A DNA stretch of 64,000 nt from Macrostomum lignano (Eukaryota), in NCBI GenBank assembly GCA_002269645.1, contig NIVC01001516.1:1-64000 (forward strand), in the 5' to 3' direction. This document shows, in pieces, positions 46,558-64,000 of this stretch. Below the pieces are notes generated by a model. It saw nothing but the letters and a program-made list of their open reading frames with translations. It was not told the origin of the DNA and did not search any database. The translations under genes were made by a program, and so were the position numbers. Numbering within the stretch: position 1 is the stretch's first letter; each line of letters opens with the position of its first letter.

Positions 46558-47485
46558 GGAGCAACGCAGGCACACGAAATTCAAAAACATGGGCCAAATT
46601 TTTGTTGCGCACCTTCTCAAACAAGAATCAAGTCGCCAGCCCTCCGAACCGTCGAGGTATTCAACGATTCTGCCAGAAGGTCGGATTTTCCCCATAAGCG
46701 CTAGTGTATTCAGTACACCCCTGTGCGCCAATCAGCACTGCGCCTCAGTGCAGCCTTGCCAACCAAATTTCATCAGCACGTCGAACACATGTGTCTGCAT
46801 CAGCACTGCCTTCGTTGGTCACTGGCCTTCACCCAGACGGGGCTTCTGGACCTTCAACACGTGGCAGCAAAGGTGACTTTAAAGGCCCTATTGCAAATTT
46901 CTCTGATGTCGCTGACCAAGCCTCGACAGTGGGCAAGCCGCAACTGCTGGGTATCCTCAGCTAGTCTCTCCAGCATTCGGTCGTTATCCAGACGCCATTC
47001 TTGAAAATTAGTTCGTATATTTCCCCCCTCCCCCTTGGTAGTTCGACTGGCGGAAAAATGGCTTGGCATTCCTACTGTTGAGGAAGAATAGTGATCAAGT
47101 TTTATTGGATCAGTCTTCAAGCAATAATTAGTTTTTATGCTCAGGTTTCACTGCGATGCTTAGTCTGTACTGCACTGAGCTTTTCAGTGGGTTATGACTA
47201 ATTGGTTTCTTGATCAAGTTTAGCAGTGAATTGACATTTATTTATTAGGAACTGGAGTTCTCAAGTGATAAGACGGTAAACTGTCGAGTGCAGCGTCCTA
47301 CTTCAGTATCAATGAAAGGACATTGCTCAACTGTCTTGCATTCACCCGCTTTTGAACACTTGCTGCTTCCATGCATTTCCATCATATAAATCATTAAACG
47401 CGCTTTGCTTGTCCAATAGTACGCTTAGCCAACCAAGCCACGCGTTCTGTTGGTTAAATAGATCGAGGCGAGAGCTGAGTAGCAA

Positions 47486-48028
47486 ATGCGCACTGCCTTG
47501 TCTGGGATATATCACGCTGTGCGCTCTCCAATCGGCAAGATCATCAAGTCAGCCATCGAGCTATCTAAAGCTATGGAAGAAGGCCGCGAATGGCGCAGCA
47601 GGCGTCGCCGCCAACGCCGCTGCTGTCGGCTAGCCCTCTGGCTGGAGCTCATGGTCGGCATTATCATGACTATATTGGGCCTCTTCATCTTGTTGCTAAG
47701 CGCCGAATCGCTTCGCGAAGGCGACTATCCGGCTGTGTACTTTTGCTCCCTGTACATCGCGCTCGGGCTGGGCCTGTTGCTGCTCTACTATGTCCACTAC
47801 TACGGCTTGAAGTGCTGGTTGAAGCGTCAGGTGCAACGCCTGGACGCCAGTATTCGGTCGGACAGTGACGCTCTGGCCGCGTTGGCTCGGCGCAGTCTGC
47901 AGTTCTCCGGCATCGCCGGGCCGGTTCGGATCAATCGGAGCCCCCAGCAACAGCAGCAGGCTGACGCCGAAGCAGCAGTAGTTGATGACTGCGCTGTCGT
48001 TTGGGAGGTCAGGCAGTCGCTTGTGTAG
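47486..48028 (+). CDS. Hypothetical 180-aa membrane protein, two predicted TM helices
   Basis: ATG-started, GC-rich like host exons; basic stretch, then hydrophobic segments LALWLELMVGIIMTILGLFILLL and AVYFCSLYIALGLGLLLLYYVHY. Confidence 0.55.
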   Translation: MRTALSGIYHAVRSPIGKIIKSAIELSKAMEEGREWRSRRRRQRRCCRLALWLELMVGIIMTILGLFILLLSAESLREGDYPAVYFCSLYIALGLGLLLLYYVHYYGLKCWLKRQVQRLDASIRSDSDALAALARRSLQFSGIAGPVRINRSPQQQQQADAEAAVVDDCAVVWEVRQSLV

Positions 48029-48481
48029 TTGCTAGGCTCGTATGACGACAGGATACCTGCCTTGCGTTTTAGCGAACAATTCAACAAGACCGCTCTTCGA
48101 ACAGTCTGCTGACACTTCTCTATGGCGAGGAAGCAGCGCGAAAACATCTGTAAATTTAATCTGTCAAAAAACCGCACTCGATTCGAGCACTGGGCACAAG
48201 ATCTATACCAGCTAGCCCTTGAAAATAAGTAGAACTAAGCTTTGCACACAGACGAAAGAAGACCATTAGCAATATAGGCTCAAATCGTGTTAATGTGTTA
48301 CGCCCTTAGGCCATATCAACGTAGGTTACGCTACAGTATATAGGAAATTTTTGCTGTGCCCCAATATGTGTGCAGGGATGCGATGTGGCCACACAAAACT
48401 CGCTGTTTTTGAAAGCATTAAATGTAGCTCCTCTCTGCTGAAGGAGAGTTTAATTTGATTACTATTTCTGGCAGTTAAATT

Positions 48482-49020
48482 GCTGACAGTCATTTGTCAC
48501 TGATTTTTCTATTGTCACTGACAGTCAATTGTCACTGACAGTCAATTGTCACTGATTAGTCAATAGCACTGACAGTCAATTGTCACTGACAGTCATTTGT
48601 CACTGATTTGTCAATAGTCACTGACAGTCAATTGTCACTGATTAGTCAATAGCACTGACAGTCAATTGTCACTGACAGTCATTTGTCACTGATTTGTCAA
48701 TAGTCACTGACAGTCAATTGTCACTGGCAGTCAATTGTCACTGACAGTCAATTGTCACTGACAGTCAATTGTGACTGATAAGTCAATAGTCACTGACAGT
48801 CAATTGTCACTGACAGTCAATTGTCACTGACAGTCAATTGTCACTGACAGTCAATTGTCACTGACAGTCAATTGTCACTGACAGTAAATTGTCACTGACA
48901 GTCAATTGTCACTGGCATTCAATTGTCACTGACAGTCAATTGTCACTGACAGTCAATTGTCACTGACAGTCAATTGTGACTGACAGTCAATTGTCACTGG
49001 CAGTCAATTGTCACTGGTCA
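48482..49020. repeat. 17-bp quasi-palindromic minisatellite
   Basis: cagtcaattgtcactga, about 30 copies. Confidence 0.95.
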
Positions 49021-49384
49021 TTGTCTTAGTCTCGATACGCCTATTTGTTGCTTTTTTTCTAAATGCTTTCTGCTCTCTGCTTAGTCCTCTCTAATTACTT
49101 ATTCGTAATTTTTTCAACTAAGTTCTTGTAAAACCCTTCTCTTGTATGAGCACATTTGTTAGGTTCCTATATGCATGTAGGTCTTAACATTTGACATTGT
49201 ACAGTTGTCCTTGATTATTGTGAAATAAAAATTCGATAAGCAAGGATAAGGAGGATCGCATCGCATATCCTGGATCGCGTGATCCAAATAAGGTTTAGCG
49301 TGAATCTGGGAGCGCTTCATCTCAAAAATAAATTTTTTTTTCTGCGAATCAGACATCCACTGCAAATTATTAAACACCAGTCTC

Positions 49385-52311
49385 TTGTTAGATTCAAGGC
49401 TGTCACCTGTTAGATCCAGGCTGTCACCTGTTAGATTGGAGCTGTCACCTGTTAGATTGGAGCTGTCATCTGTTAAATCCGAGCTGTCACCTGTTAGATT
49501 GAAGCTGTCACCTGTTAGATTGAAGCTGTCACCTGTTAGATTGATGCTGTCACCTGTTAGATTGGAGCTCTCACCTGTTAGATTGGAGCTCTCACCTGTT
49601 ACATTGGAGCTGTCACCTGTTAGATTGCAGCTGTCACCTGTTAGATTGGAGCTGTCACCTGTAGATTGGAGCTGTCACCTGTTATATTAGAGCTGTGACC
49701 TGTTAGATTGGAGCTGTCACCTGTTAGATTGGAGCTCTCACCTGTTAGATTGGAGCTGTCACCTGTTATATTGGAGCTGTCACCTGTAGATTGGAGCTGT
49801 CACCTGTTATATTGGAGCTGTCACCTGTTAGATTGCAGCTGTCACCTGTTAGATTGGAGCTCTCACCTGTTATGTTGGAGCTGTCACCTGTTATATTGGA
49901 GCTGTCACCTGTAGATTGGAGCTGTCACCTGTAGATTGGAGCTGTCACCTGTTATATTGCAGCTGTCACCTGTTAGATTGGAGCTGTCACCTGTTAGATT
50001 GGAGCTCTCACCTGTTAGATTGGAGCTGTCACCTGTTATATTGGAGCTGTCACCTGTAGATTGGAGCTGTCACCTGTTACATTGGAGCTGTCACCTGTTA
50101 GATTGCAGCTGTCACCTGTTAGATTGGAGCTGTCACCTGTAGATTGGAGCTGTCACCTGTTATATTAGAGCTGTCACCTGTTAGACTTAGAGCTGACCTG
50201 TTAAATTTAGATCTGTCACCTGTTAGATTGCAGCTGTCACCTGTTAGATCCAAACTGTCACCTGTTAGATTGGAGCTGTCACCTGTTAGATTGGAGCTGT
50301 CCCCTGTTAGATCCGAGCTGTCACCTGTTAGACTTAGAGCTGACCTGTAAATTTAGATCTGTCACCTGTTATATTGGAGCTGTCACCTGTTATATTGGAG
50401 CTGTCCCCTGTTAGATCCGAGCTGTCACCTGTTAGACTTAGAGCTGACCTGTTAAATTTAGATCTGTCACCTGTTAGATTGCAGCTGTCACCTGTTAGAT
50501 CCAAACTGTCACCTGTTAGATTGGAGCTGTCACCTGTTAAATTGGAGCTGTCACCTGTTATATTGGAGCTGTCACCTGTAGATTGGAGCTGTCACCTGTA
50601 GATTGGAGCTGTCACCTGTTATATTGCAGCTGTCACCTGTTAGATTGGAGCTGTCACCTGTTAGATTGGAGCTGTCACCTGTTAGATTGGAGCTCTCACC
50701 TGTTAGATTGGAGCTCTCACCTGTTATGTTGGAGCTGTCACCTGTTATATTGGAGCTGTCACCTGTAGATTGGAGCTGTCACCTGTAGATTGGAGCTGTC
50801 ACCTGTTATATTGCAGCTGTCACCTGTTAGATTGGAGCTGTCACCTGTTAGATTGGAGCTCTCACCTGTTAGATTGGAGCTGTCACCTGTTAGATTGGAG
50901 CTGTCACCTGTTAGATTGCAGCTGTCACCTGTTAGATTGGAGCTGTCACCTGTAGATTGGAGCTGTCACCTGTTATATTAGAGCTGTGACCTGTTAGATT
51001 GGAGCTGTCACCTGTTAGATTGCAGCTGTCACCTGTTATATTGGAGCTGTCACCTGTAGATTGGAGCTGTCACCTGTTATATTGGAGCTGTCACCTGTTA
51101 GATTGCAGCTGTCACCTGTTAGATTGGAGCTCTCACCTGTTATGTTGGAGCTGTCACCTGTTATATTGGAGCTGTCACCTGTAGATTGGAGCTGTCACCT
51201 GTAGATTGGAGCTGTCACCTGTTATATTGCAGCTGTCACCTGTTAGATTGGAGCTGTCACCTGTTAGATTGGAGCTCTCACCTGTTAGATTGGAGCTGTC
51301 ACCTGTTATATTGGAGCTGTCACCTGTAGATTGGAGCTGTCACCTGTTATATTGGAGCTGTCACCTGTTAGATTGGAGCTGTCACCTGTTATATTGGAGC
51401 TGTCACCTGTTATATTGGAGCTGTCCCCTGTTAGATCCGAGCTGTCACCTGTTAGACTTAGAGCTGACCTGTTAAATTTAGATCTGTCACCTGTTAGATT
51501 GCAGCTGTCACCTGTTAGATCCAAACTGTCACCTGTTAGATTGGAGCTGTCACCTGTTAGATTGGAGCTGTCCCCTGTTAGATCCGAGCTGTCACCTGTT
51601 AGACTTAGAGCTGACCTGTAAATTTAGATCTGTCACCTGTTATATTGGAGCTGTCACCTGTTATATTGGAGCTGTCCCCTGTTAGATCCGAGCTGTCACC
51701 TGTTAGACTTAGAGCTGACCTGTTAAATTTAGATCTGTCACCTGTTAGATTGCAGCTGTCACCTGTTAGATCCAAACTGTCACCTGTTAGATTGGAGCTG
51801 TCATCTGTAGATTGCAGCTGTCACCTGTTAGATTGCAGCTGTCACCTGTTAGATTGCAGCTGTCACCTGTTAGATCCGAGCTGTCACCTGTTAGATCCAA
51901 GCTGTCACCTGTTAGCTCCGAGCTGTCACCTGTTAGATTGGCGCTGTCAACTGTTAGATTAGAGCTGTCACCTGTTAGATCCGAGCTGTCACCTGTTAGA
52001 TCCGAGCTGTCACCTGTTAGATCCAAACTGTCACCTGTTAGATCAAACTGTCACCTGTTAGATCCAAACTGTCACCTGTTAGATCCAAACTGTCACCTGT
52101 TAGATCCGAGCTGTCACCTGTTAGATTGGAGCTGTCACCTGTTAGACTTAAAGCTGACCTGTTAAATTTAAATCTGTCACCTGTTAGATTGAAGCTGTCA
52201 CCTGTTAGATCCGAGCTGTCACCTGTTAGATCTGAGCTTTCACCTGTTACACTTAGAGCTGACCTGTTACATTTAGATCTGTCACCTGTTTAGATTGGAA
52301 CTGTCACCTGC
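49385..52311. repeat. 20/21-bp satellite (~2.9 kb) with a 1271-bp higher-order duplication
   Basis: cacctgttagattggagctgt; diagnostic variants at 50181/51452, 50331/51602 and 50432/51703. Confidence 0.97.
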
Positions 52312-53195
52312 TTGACAATTTTACGCTCTACTCGAGTGCACAATACACCCCGTAGATACGCATATTATACATTTTTGGAAAATTGTAAAGTACTCGTACA
52401 ACAGTGTTAAAGTGTCCCCCATTAGTGGCTGCCTGCTAGATAGAGGTGCAAAATGCACCAGCGAAAACTCCATTCAACTAAAAGCATGGGTGAATGTTTC
52501 ATTCCTCTTGGAAAACAGATCATCCACTTTTCAGTTATTAGTCAAACTAAACTCATATCCACGTTGACATCCGGTGTAAGCCTACACAAAGAGCAGAATT
52601 AAAGTGCACAAAGTGCTAAACTGCACCTATAACCATAGCAATAGAATCAGAATCCAATTATCCAGTAACACACACCATTGGGGCAGAGCGGCTCAGTATG
52701 AGGGCTTGTATGTGCTCAAAAGTCAGTATAATTAGGCAGAGAATTGCCCCAGCGCTGGTTGTGGGACAATGTCCCCTGTAGGACAAAGATTTACTGTGTT
52801 TTAGTTAGTCCCGCACTTATTTGCCTCGGTCACGGAGCAGGAGCTTGATTGATCGGCGGCTATAAATTCAACCCAAACTGCAATAAGCTTCTCTATTTAT
52901 TTCTATTCCCATGTAGGTCTCTCAAATGATCCCCGTATATTTTTTCTCATTTCTCCCTATTTCAATCGCTATGGCGCCTCGCTGAAGTGGCTGCTCAGCT
53001 TATTCGTCCACTCAGATCCAGGCTTCTGTAGACTGAATGCCCATTGCTGCCAGCCCTGCGCCTCGCTTGAGCCTCTGCTGTTTTTATGAATGACTTCCTA
53101 TTGAGCTCTGGGAGCCTGCTCATTTCATCCTTCATCTCTGTTGTTTCTCCCTCTCCGTTTATTCAAAGTCAGGTCAATCCATCAGCTAACTCTCA

Positions 53196-54550
53196 GTAAG
53201 ATCTATAGACACCCAAACTCTCAGTTAGATCTATAGACACCCGAACTCTCACTCAGATCTAAAGACACCTGAACTCTCACTCAGATCTATAGACACCCGA
53301 ACTCTCAGATCTATAGACACCCGAACTCTCAGTTAGATCTATAGACACCCGAAATCTCAGTCAGATCTATAAACACCTGAACTCTCAGTCAGATCTATAG
53401 ACAACCGAACTCTCAGTTAGATCTATAGACATCCAGACTGTTAGATCTATAGACACCCGACCTCTCACTCAGATCTAAAGACACCTGAACTCTCACTTAT
53501 ATCTATAGACACCCGAACTCTCACTCAGATCTATAGACACCCGAACTCTCAGTTAGATCTATAGACACCCGAATCGTCAGTTAGATCTATAGACACCCGA
53601 ACCGACAGTTATATCTATAGGCACCCGAACCGGCAGTTAGATCTATAGACACCCGAACTCTCAGATCTATAGACACCCGAACTCTCAGTTAGATCTATAG
53701 ACACCCGAAATCTCAGTCAGATCTATAAACACCTGAACTCTCAGTCAGATCTATAGACAACCGAACTCTCAGTTAGATCTATAGACATCCAGACTGTTAG
53801 ATCTATAGACACCCGACCTCTCACTCAGATCTAAAGACACCTGAACTCTCACTTATATCTATAGACACCCGAACTCTCACTCAGATCTATAGACACCCGA
53901 ACTCTCAGTTAGATCTATAGACACCCGAATCGTCAGTTAGATCTATAGACACCCGAACCGACAGTTATATCTATAGGCACCCGAACCGGCAGTTAGATCT
54001 ATAGACACCCGAACTCTCACTCAGATCTATAGACACCCGAACTCTCAGATCTATAGACACCCGAACTCTCAGTTAGATCTATAGACACCCGAAATCTCAG
54101 TCAGATCTATAAACACCTGAACTCTCAGTCAGATCTATAGACAACCGAACTCTCAGTTAGATCTATAGACATCCAGACTGTTAGATCTATAGACACCCGA
54201 CCTCTCACTCAGATCTAAAGACACCTGAACTCTCACTTATATCTATAGACACCCGAACTCTCAGTTATATCTTTAGACACCCGAACCGTCAGTTAGATCT
54301 ATAGACACCCGAACTCTCAGTTAGACCTATAGACACCCTAACTCTCACTCAGATCTATAGACACCCGAACCGTCAGTTTGATCTATAGACACTCGAACTC
54401 TCAGATCTATAGACACTCGAACTCTCACTCATATCTATAGACACCCGAAATTTAAATTAGATCTGTCAACACCCGAACTCTCACTCAGATCTATAGACAC
54501 CTGAACCGTCAGTTAGATCTATAAACAGCACTAAATTTCAGTCAGATCTA
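53196..54550. repeat. 28-bp satellite with ~356-384-bp higher-order units
   Basis: agatctatagacacccgaactctcagtt; the variant gaaatctcagtcagatctataaac recurs at 53351, 53707 and 54091. Confidence 0.95.
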
Positions 54551-54989
54551 CAGATCTATAGGTTTCCATGAGTTTGGCAATCTATCTGTACTTAGTTTAA
54601 AGTAAAAAAATGCACTATTGCCTAGTCCAGTGGAGCGTGAACTAACGCCATACATAGATCTATAAATATTCTTGTTATTTTCTGTTTCGAGTGCTCGCAC
54701 GAAAGTGACAAGCCGGGGCCACAAGGCTTGAAGTCTCCGTCTTAGATAGTCCAATTTAAATGAGGTTATTTGCTGTTATTACCATAAGCCCACTTGCAAC
54801 CTTTATAAACAGTTGGTGGATCAGCTGTTGTGTTCCCACTGTCTCTGCTTACTTGAGAAGGTAGGAATGGCTGTCTAAGTCTAGCACAGCTTATAATTGC
54901 TTCATACGCAAGTAAATACCGGTATCTTATAATAGCAAGTAAATACTCCTTATCCTTATATAAAGACCCTTGCATGAATGCGAAGTATC

Positions 54990-57116
54990 TACTGAGCATC
55001 ACATTAGCTACTGAGCATCACAATAATCTACTGAGCATCACATTAGCTACTGAGCATCACAATAATCTACTGAGCATCACATTAGCTACTGAGCATCACA
55101 ATTAGCTACTGAGAATCACAATTAGCTACTGAGCATCACAATTAGCTACTGGCCATCACAATTAGCTACTGACCATCACAATTAGCTGCTGACCATCACA
55201 ATTAGCTACTGACCATCACAATTAGCTGCTGACCATCACAATTAGCTGCTGGCCATCACAATTAGCTACTGCCCATCGCAATTAGCTACTGACCATCACA
55301 ATTAGCTGCTGACCATCGCAATTAGCTGCTGACCATCACAATTAGCTGCTGACCATCGCAATTAGCTGCTGACCATCACAATTAGCTACTGGCCATCACA
55401 ATAATCTACTGCCCATCACAATTAGCTGCTGACCATCACAATTAGCTGCTGACCATCGCAATTAGCTGCTGACCATCACAATTAGCTGCTGACCATCGCA
55501 ATTAGCTGCTGACCATCACAATTAGCTACTGGCCATCGCAATTAGCTGCTGACCATCACAATTAGCTACTGGCCATCACAATAATCTACTGCCCATCAAA
55601 ATTAGCTGCTGACCATCACAATTAGCTGCTGACCATCGCAATTAGCTGCTGACCATCACAATTAGCTGCTGACCATCACAATTAGCTACTGGCCATCACA
55701 ATAATCTACTGCCCATCAAAATTAGCTGCTGACCATCACAATTAGCTGCTGACCATCGCAATTAGCTGCTGACCATCACAATTAGCTGCTGACCATCGCA
55801 ATTAGCTGCTGACCATCACAATTAGCTACTGGCCATCGCAATTAGCTGCTGACCATCACAATTAGCTACTGGCCATCACAATAATCTACTGCCCATCACA
55901 ATTAGCTACTGAGCATCACAATAATCTACTGCCCATCACAATTAGCTACTGAGCATCACAATTAGCTGCTGACCATCGCAATTAGCTGCTGACCATCACA
56001 ATTAGCTACTGGCCATCGCAATTAGCTGCTGACCATCACAATTAGCTACTGGCCATCACAATAATCTACTGCCCATCACAATTAGCTGCTGACCATCACA
56101 ATTAGCTACTGACCATCACAATTAGCTACTGACCATCACAATTAGCTACTGGCCATCACAATTAGCTACTGCCCATCGCAATTAGCTGCTGACCATCACA
56201 ATTAGCTACTGGCCATCACAATAATCTACTGCCCATCACAATTAGCTGCTGACCATCACAATTAGCTGCTGACCATCGCAATTAGCTGCTGACCATCACA
56301 ATTAGCTGCTGACCATCGCAATTAGCTGCTGACCATCACAATTAGCTACTGGCCATCGCAATTAGCTGCTGACCATCACAATTAGCTACTGGCCATCACA
56401 ATAATCTACTGCCAATCAAAATTAGCTGCTGACCATCACAATTAGCTGCTGACCATCGCAATTAGCTGCTGACCATCACAATTAGCTGCTGACCATCGCA
56501 ATTAGCTGCTGACCATCACAATTAGCTACTGGCCATCGCAATTAGCTGCTGACCATCACAATTAGCTACTGGCCATCACAATAATCTACTGCCCATCAAA
56601 ATTAGCTGCTGACCATCACAATTAGCTACTGACCATCACAATTAGCTACTGCCCATCGCAATTAGCTGCTGACCATCACAATTAGCTACTGGCCATCACA
56701 ATAATCTACTGCCCATCACAATTAGCTACTGAGCATCACAATAATCTACTGCCCATCACAATTAGCTACTGAGCATCACAATTAGCTGCTGACCATCGCA
56801 ATTAGCTGCTGACCATCACAATTAGCTACTGGCCATCGCAATTAGCTGCTGACCATCACAATTAGCTACTGGCCATCACAATAATCTACTGCCCATCACA
56901 ATTAGCTGCTGACCATCACAATTAGCTACTGACCATCACAATTAGCTACTGACCATCACAATTAGCTACTGGCCATCACAATTAGCTACTGCCCATCGCA
57001 ATTAGCTGCTGACCATCACAATTAGCTACTGGCCATCACAATAATCTACTGCCCATCACAATTAGCTACTGAGCATCACAATAATCTACTGCCCATCACA
57101 ATTAGCTACTGAGCAT
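54990..57116. repeat. 20-bp satellite (~106 copies)
   Basis: attagct(a/g)ctgaccatc(a/g)ca. Confidence 0.97.
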
Positions 57117-57158
57117 AATTGCAGTGCCCCACGTATTGCAGTGCCCCATCTGGTTGCC

Positions 57159-61954
<4,796 letters not shown>

Positions 61955-61966
61955 GTACAGTCAGAC

Positions 61967-62735
61967 TGGGAATTCCCTGAGATGGACAGGAGAGACTCAG
62001 ACTGGCAATTCCCTGAGATGGACAGGAGAGACTCAGACTGGCAATTCCCTGAGATGGACAGGAGAGACTCAGACTGGCAATTCCCTGAGATGGACAGGAG
62101 AGACTCAGACTGGCAATTCCCTGAGATGGACAGGAGAGACTCAGACTGGCAATTCCCTGAGATGGACAGGAGAGACTCAGACTGGCAATTCCCTGAAATG
62201 GACAGGAGAGACTCAGACTGGCAATTCCCTGAGATGGACAGGAGAGACTCAGACTGGCAATTCCCTGAGATGGACAGGAGAGACTCAGACTGGCAATTCC
62301 CTGAGATGGACAGGAGAGACTCAGACTGGCAATTCCCTGAGATGGACAGGAGAGACTCAGTAAGGAATTTCCTGGGATTGGCTGGGTAGACTCTGTGGGA
62401 ATTCCTTAAGATTGGCAGAAGAGACTCAGTGGGAATTCTCTGAGATTGGCAGGAGAGATTCAGTAAGGAATTCCCTGAGATTGGCTGGGTAGACTCTGTG
62501 GGAATTCCTTAAGATTGCAGAAGAGACTCAGTGGGAATTCTCTGAGATTGGCAGGAGAGATTCAGTAAGGAATTTCCTGAGATTGGCTGGGTAGACTCTG
62601 TGGAATTCCTTAAGATTGGCAGGAGTGACTCAGTGGGGAATTCCCTGAGATTGGCGGGAGAGGCTCGGCGGGAATTCTCTGAGATTGGCAGGAGAGACTC
62701 AGAGGGGAATTCCCTCAGATTGGCTGGGGAGACTC
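61967..62735. repeat. 36-bp minisatellite between the convergent hydrolase and ABCG 3' ends
   Basis: gagatggacaggagagactcagactggcaattccct, about 11 near-identical copies then degenerate copies. Confidence 0.93.
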
Positions 62736-62972
62736 AAAGTTCTCTGTGCTTGTAAGCTGGTGGAGGTTTGATACGAGAGGTAAATAAGCATAAATCTGTA
62801 GCAATGTAGCATTTTAGGCAACTTTGAGTCAAAATGTTTGAAATAAATGAAGAATAACGAAACGTTTTTCGATATAATCTATTGTTGTATTGTTAAAGAA
62901 TGAACAGAATGAACTTCATGTTTGTTTTCCAACGCATTTTGGTTACCATGGCAACCGATGCTCATTTCCTGG

Positions 62973-64000
62973 TCAGTTCCTAGACTTCTCCCTGGCCCTC
63001 AGCCACAGACAGGCAAAGGCCAGCAGCCGCAGGCCGAGAATCAGGGCGCACAGCATGCCCAGATTGAAGCCCGTTCGCTCCGCGCTAAAGTTCAAACTTT
63101 CGATGACGTCACTGCCGGTGCGGAACACCTGCCGCTTGCCGTCCAACGGACAGCTGATGTTGGCCACGCGGCTCCACTGGTTCACCACCAGGGTCTCGTA
63201 GCCGTAGCTGAACCAGGACAGGTAGCGGAGCCAGTCCAGCCAGACAGGTATGCTGGCCTGGTTGAGGAAGAACCCGCCCAAGGGCAGGAAGGGCAGGATG
63301 GCCGCGGTTGGACACGGCCAGGCGATGTCGATTCGGCCGCTGGCGGTGGCTACAAAGTAGGCCAGGGAGACGGCCGACTTGCAGATGAGCACAACCACGA
63401 GGAGGGCCATCAAGAAGGCCGGCAGGCTGCGCTCCAGCCGATGGCCCAGTAGATGACCACAGTGAAGCTGAACGGAAGCAGCAGGAAGAGCGGCGTCTCT
63501 GCCAAATTCTTGCACAGGAAGTAGGCGTCACCCGGTACATGCCGTTGTGATGCTCTCGAAAAAAAATCGGGCAACTCCAGCGGAAAGAGTTGAGCACAGT
63601 GTAGAAGTTTGAGAAGGTTGTGTTAGTCAGGAATAGGAACAGCGCGCCGTTCAAGTTCATCACTCCGTTCTGGTCGTAGCGTTGGTCAAAGTAAACGGCG
63701 GCCACGATCACCGCCACCACGATGGTCTGCAGGATGCGCACGGCGAAGACGTTCGCGTCGCGAGCCTGGGCCAGCCAGCAGCGCCACAGCAGCGCAGCAC
63801 CTGCCGGCTCCAGGACGCTCGGTAGGGCGACTGGCCCGTCAACTGGCTGGCCACGCTGGCCACCTGCTGGCTGTCGCAGAAGTCCCGACAGCGGACGGCC
63901 TCCAGCACGGCCTCGGCCAGGGCCGATTTTGCGAACGTGACGGCCAGCTGGTCGACTCGCTGCCGGCACTCGGCTTCCGAGCCGGCGCGCACAGCCAGCG
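62973..64000 (-). CDS. white: ABCG half-transporter (white/scarlet-like), C-terminal ABC2 membrane domain, partial, with frameshifts
   Basis: YRASW..LLWRCW..RILQTIVVAVIV..MNLNGALFL..PIFFREHHNGMYR..GGFFLNQASIPVWLDWLRYLSWFSYGYETLVVNQW. The frame is broken by 1-nt indels and the 5' part lies outside the window. Confidence 0.85.

Noticed and set aside
46560-47120. Several short overlapping ORFs after the 31-bp array
   Set aside because: No recognisable motif or coherent splice structure.
49385-52165. LELSPVR repeat ORFs
   Set aside because: Satellite translations broken by frequent 20-bp units.
54548-55002. Two short minus-strand ORFs that might be exons
   Set aside because: No homology recognised and exon boundaries could not be linked.
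61982-62389. EMDRRDSDWQFP repeat ORF
   Set aside because: A 36-bp minisatellite starting just after the hydrolase stop, with no unique coding flanks.

Overview
Eukaryotic (metazoan) genomic DNA. GC-rich exons sit in AT-rich, minisatellite-packed introns, an architecture resembling a Macrostomum-type flatworm genome (inference only). Host genes: a complete 11-exon clathrin heavy chain (19881-38352, +, ~1681 aa, with a 42-nt first exon the ORF track misses), an intronless SERF, a 4-exon CocE/NonD (S15) hydrolase, the 3' part of a white-type ABCG transporter with many 1-nt homopolymer indels, an 847-aa acidic disordered protein with 16 tandem 17/18-aa repeats, a 2-TM orphan ORF, and a bacterial-type thermonuclease (SNase) gene with one frameshift. 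Mobile DNA: a ~6 kb apparently complete EnSpm/CACTA (CMC) transposon (transposase plus spliced DUF4806-like gene), several MITEs with clear TIRs/TSDs, an RTE LINE 3' fragment and a decayed tyrosine-recombinase element. About 17 distinct tandem-repeat arrays are present. The most unusual observations are a five-fold tandem duplication of a clathrin 3' splice site, a clathrin-box-like repeat protein lying head-to-head with clathrin, and the bacterial-like nuclease.
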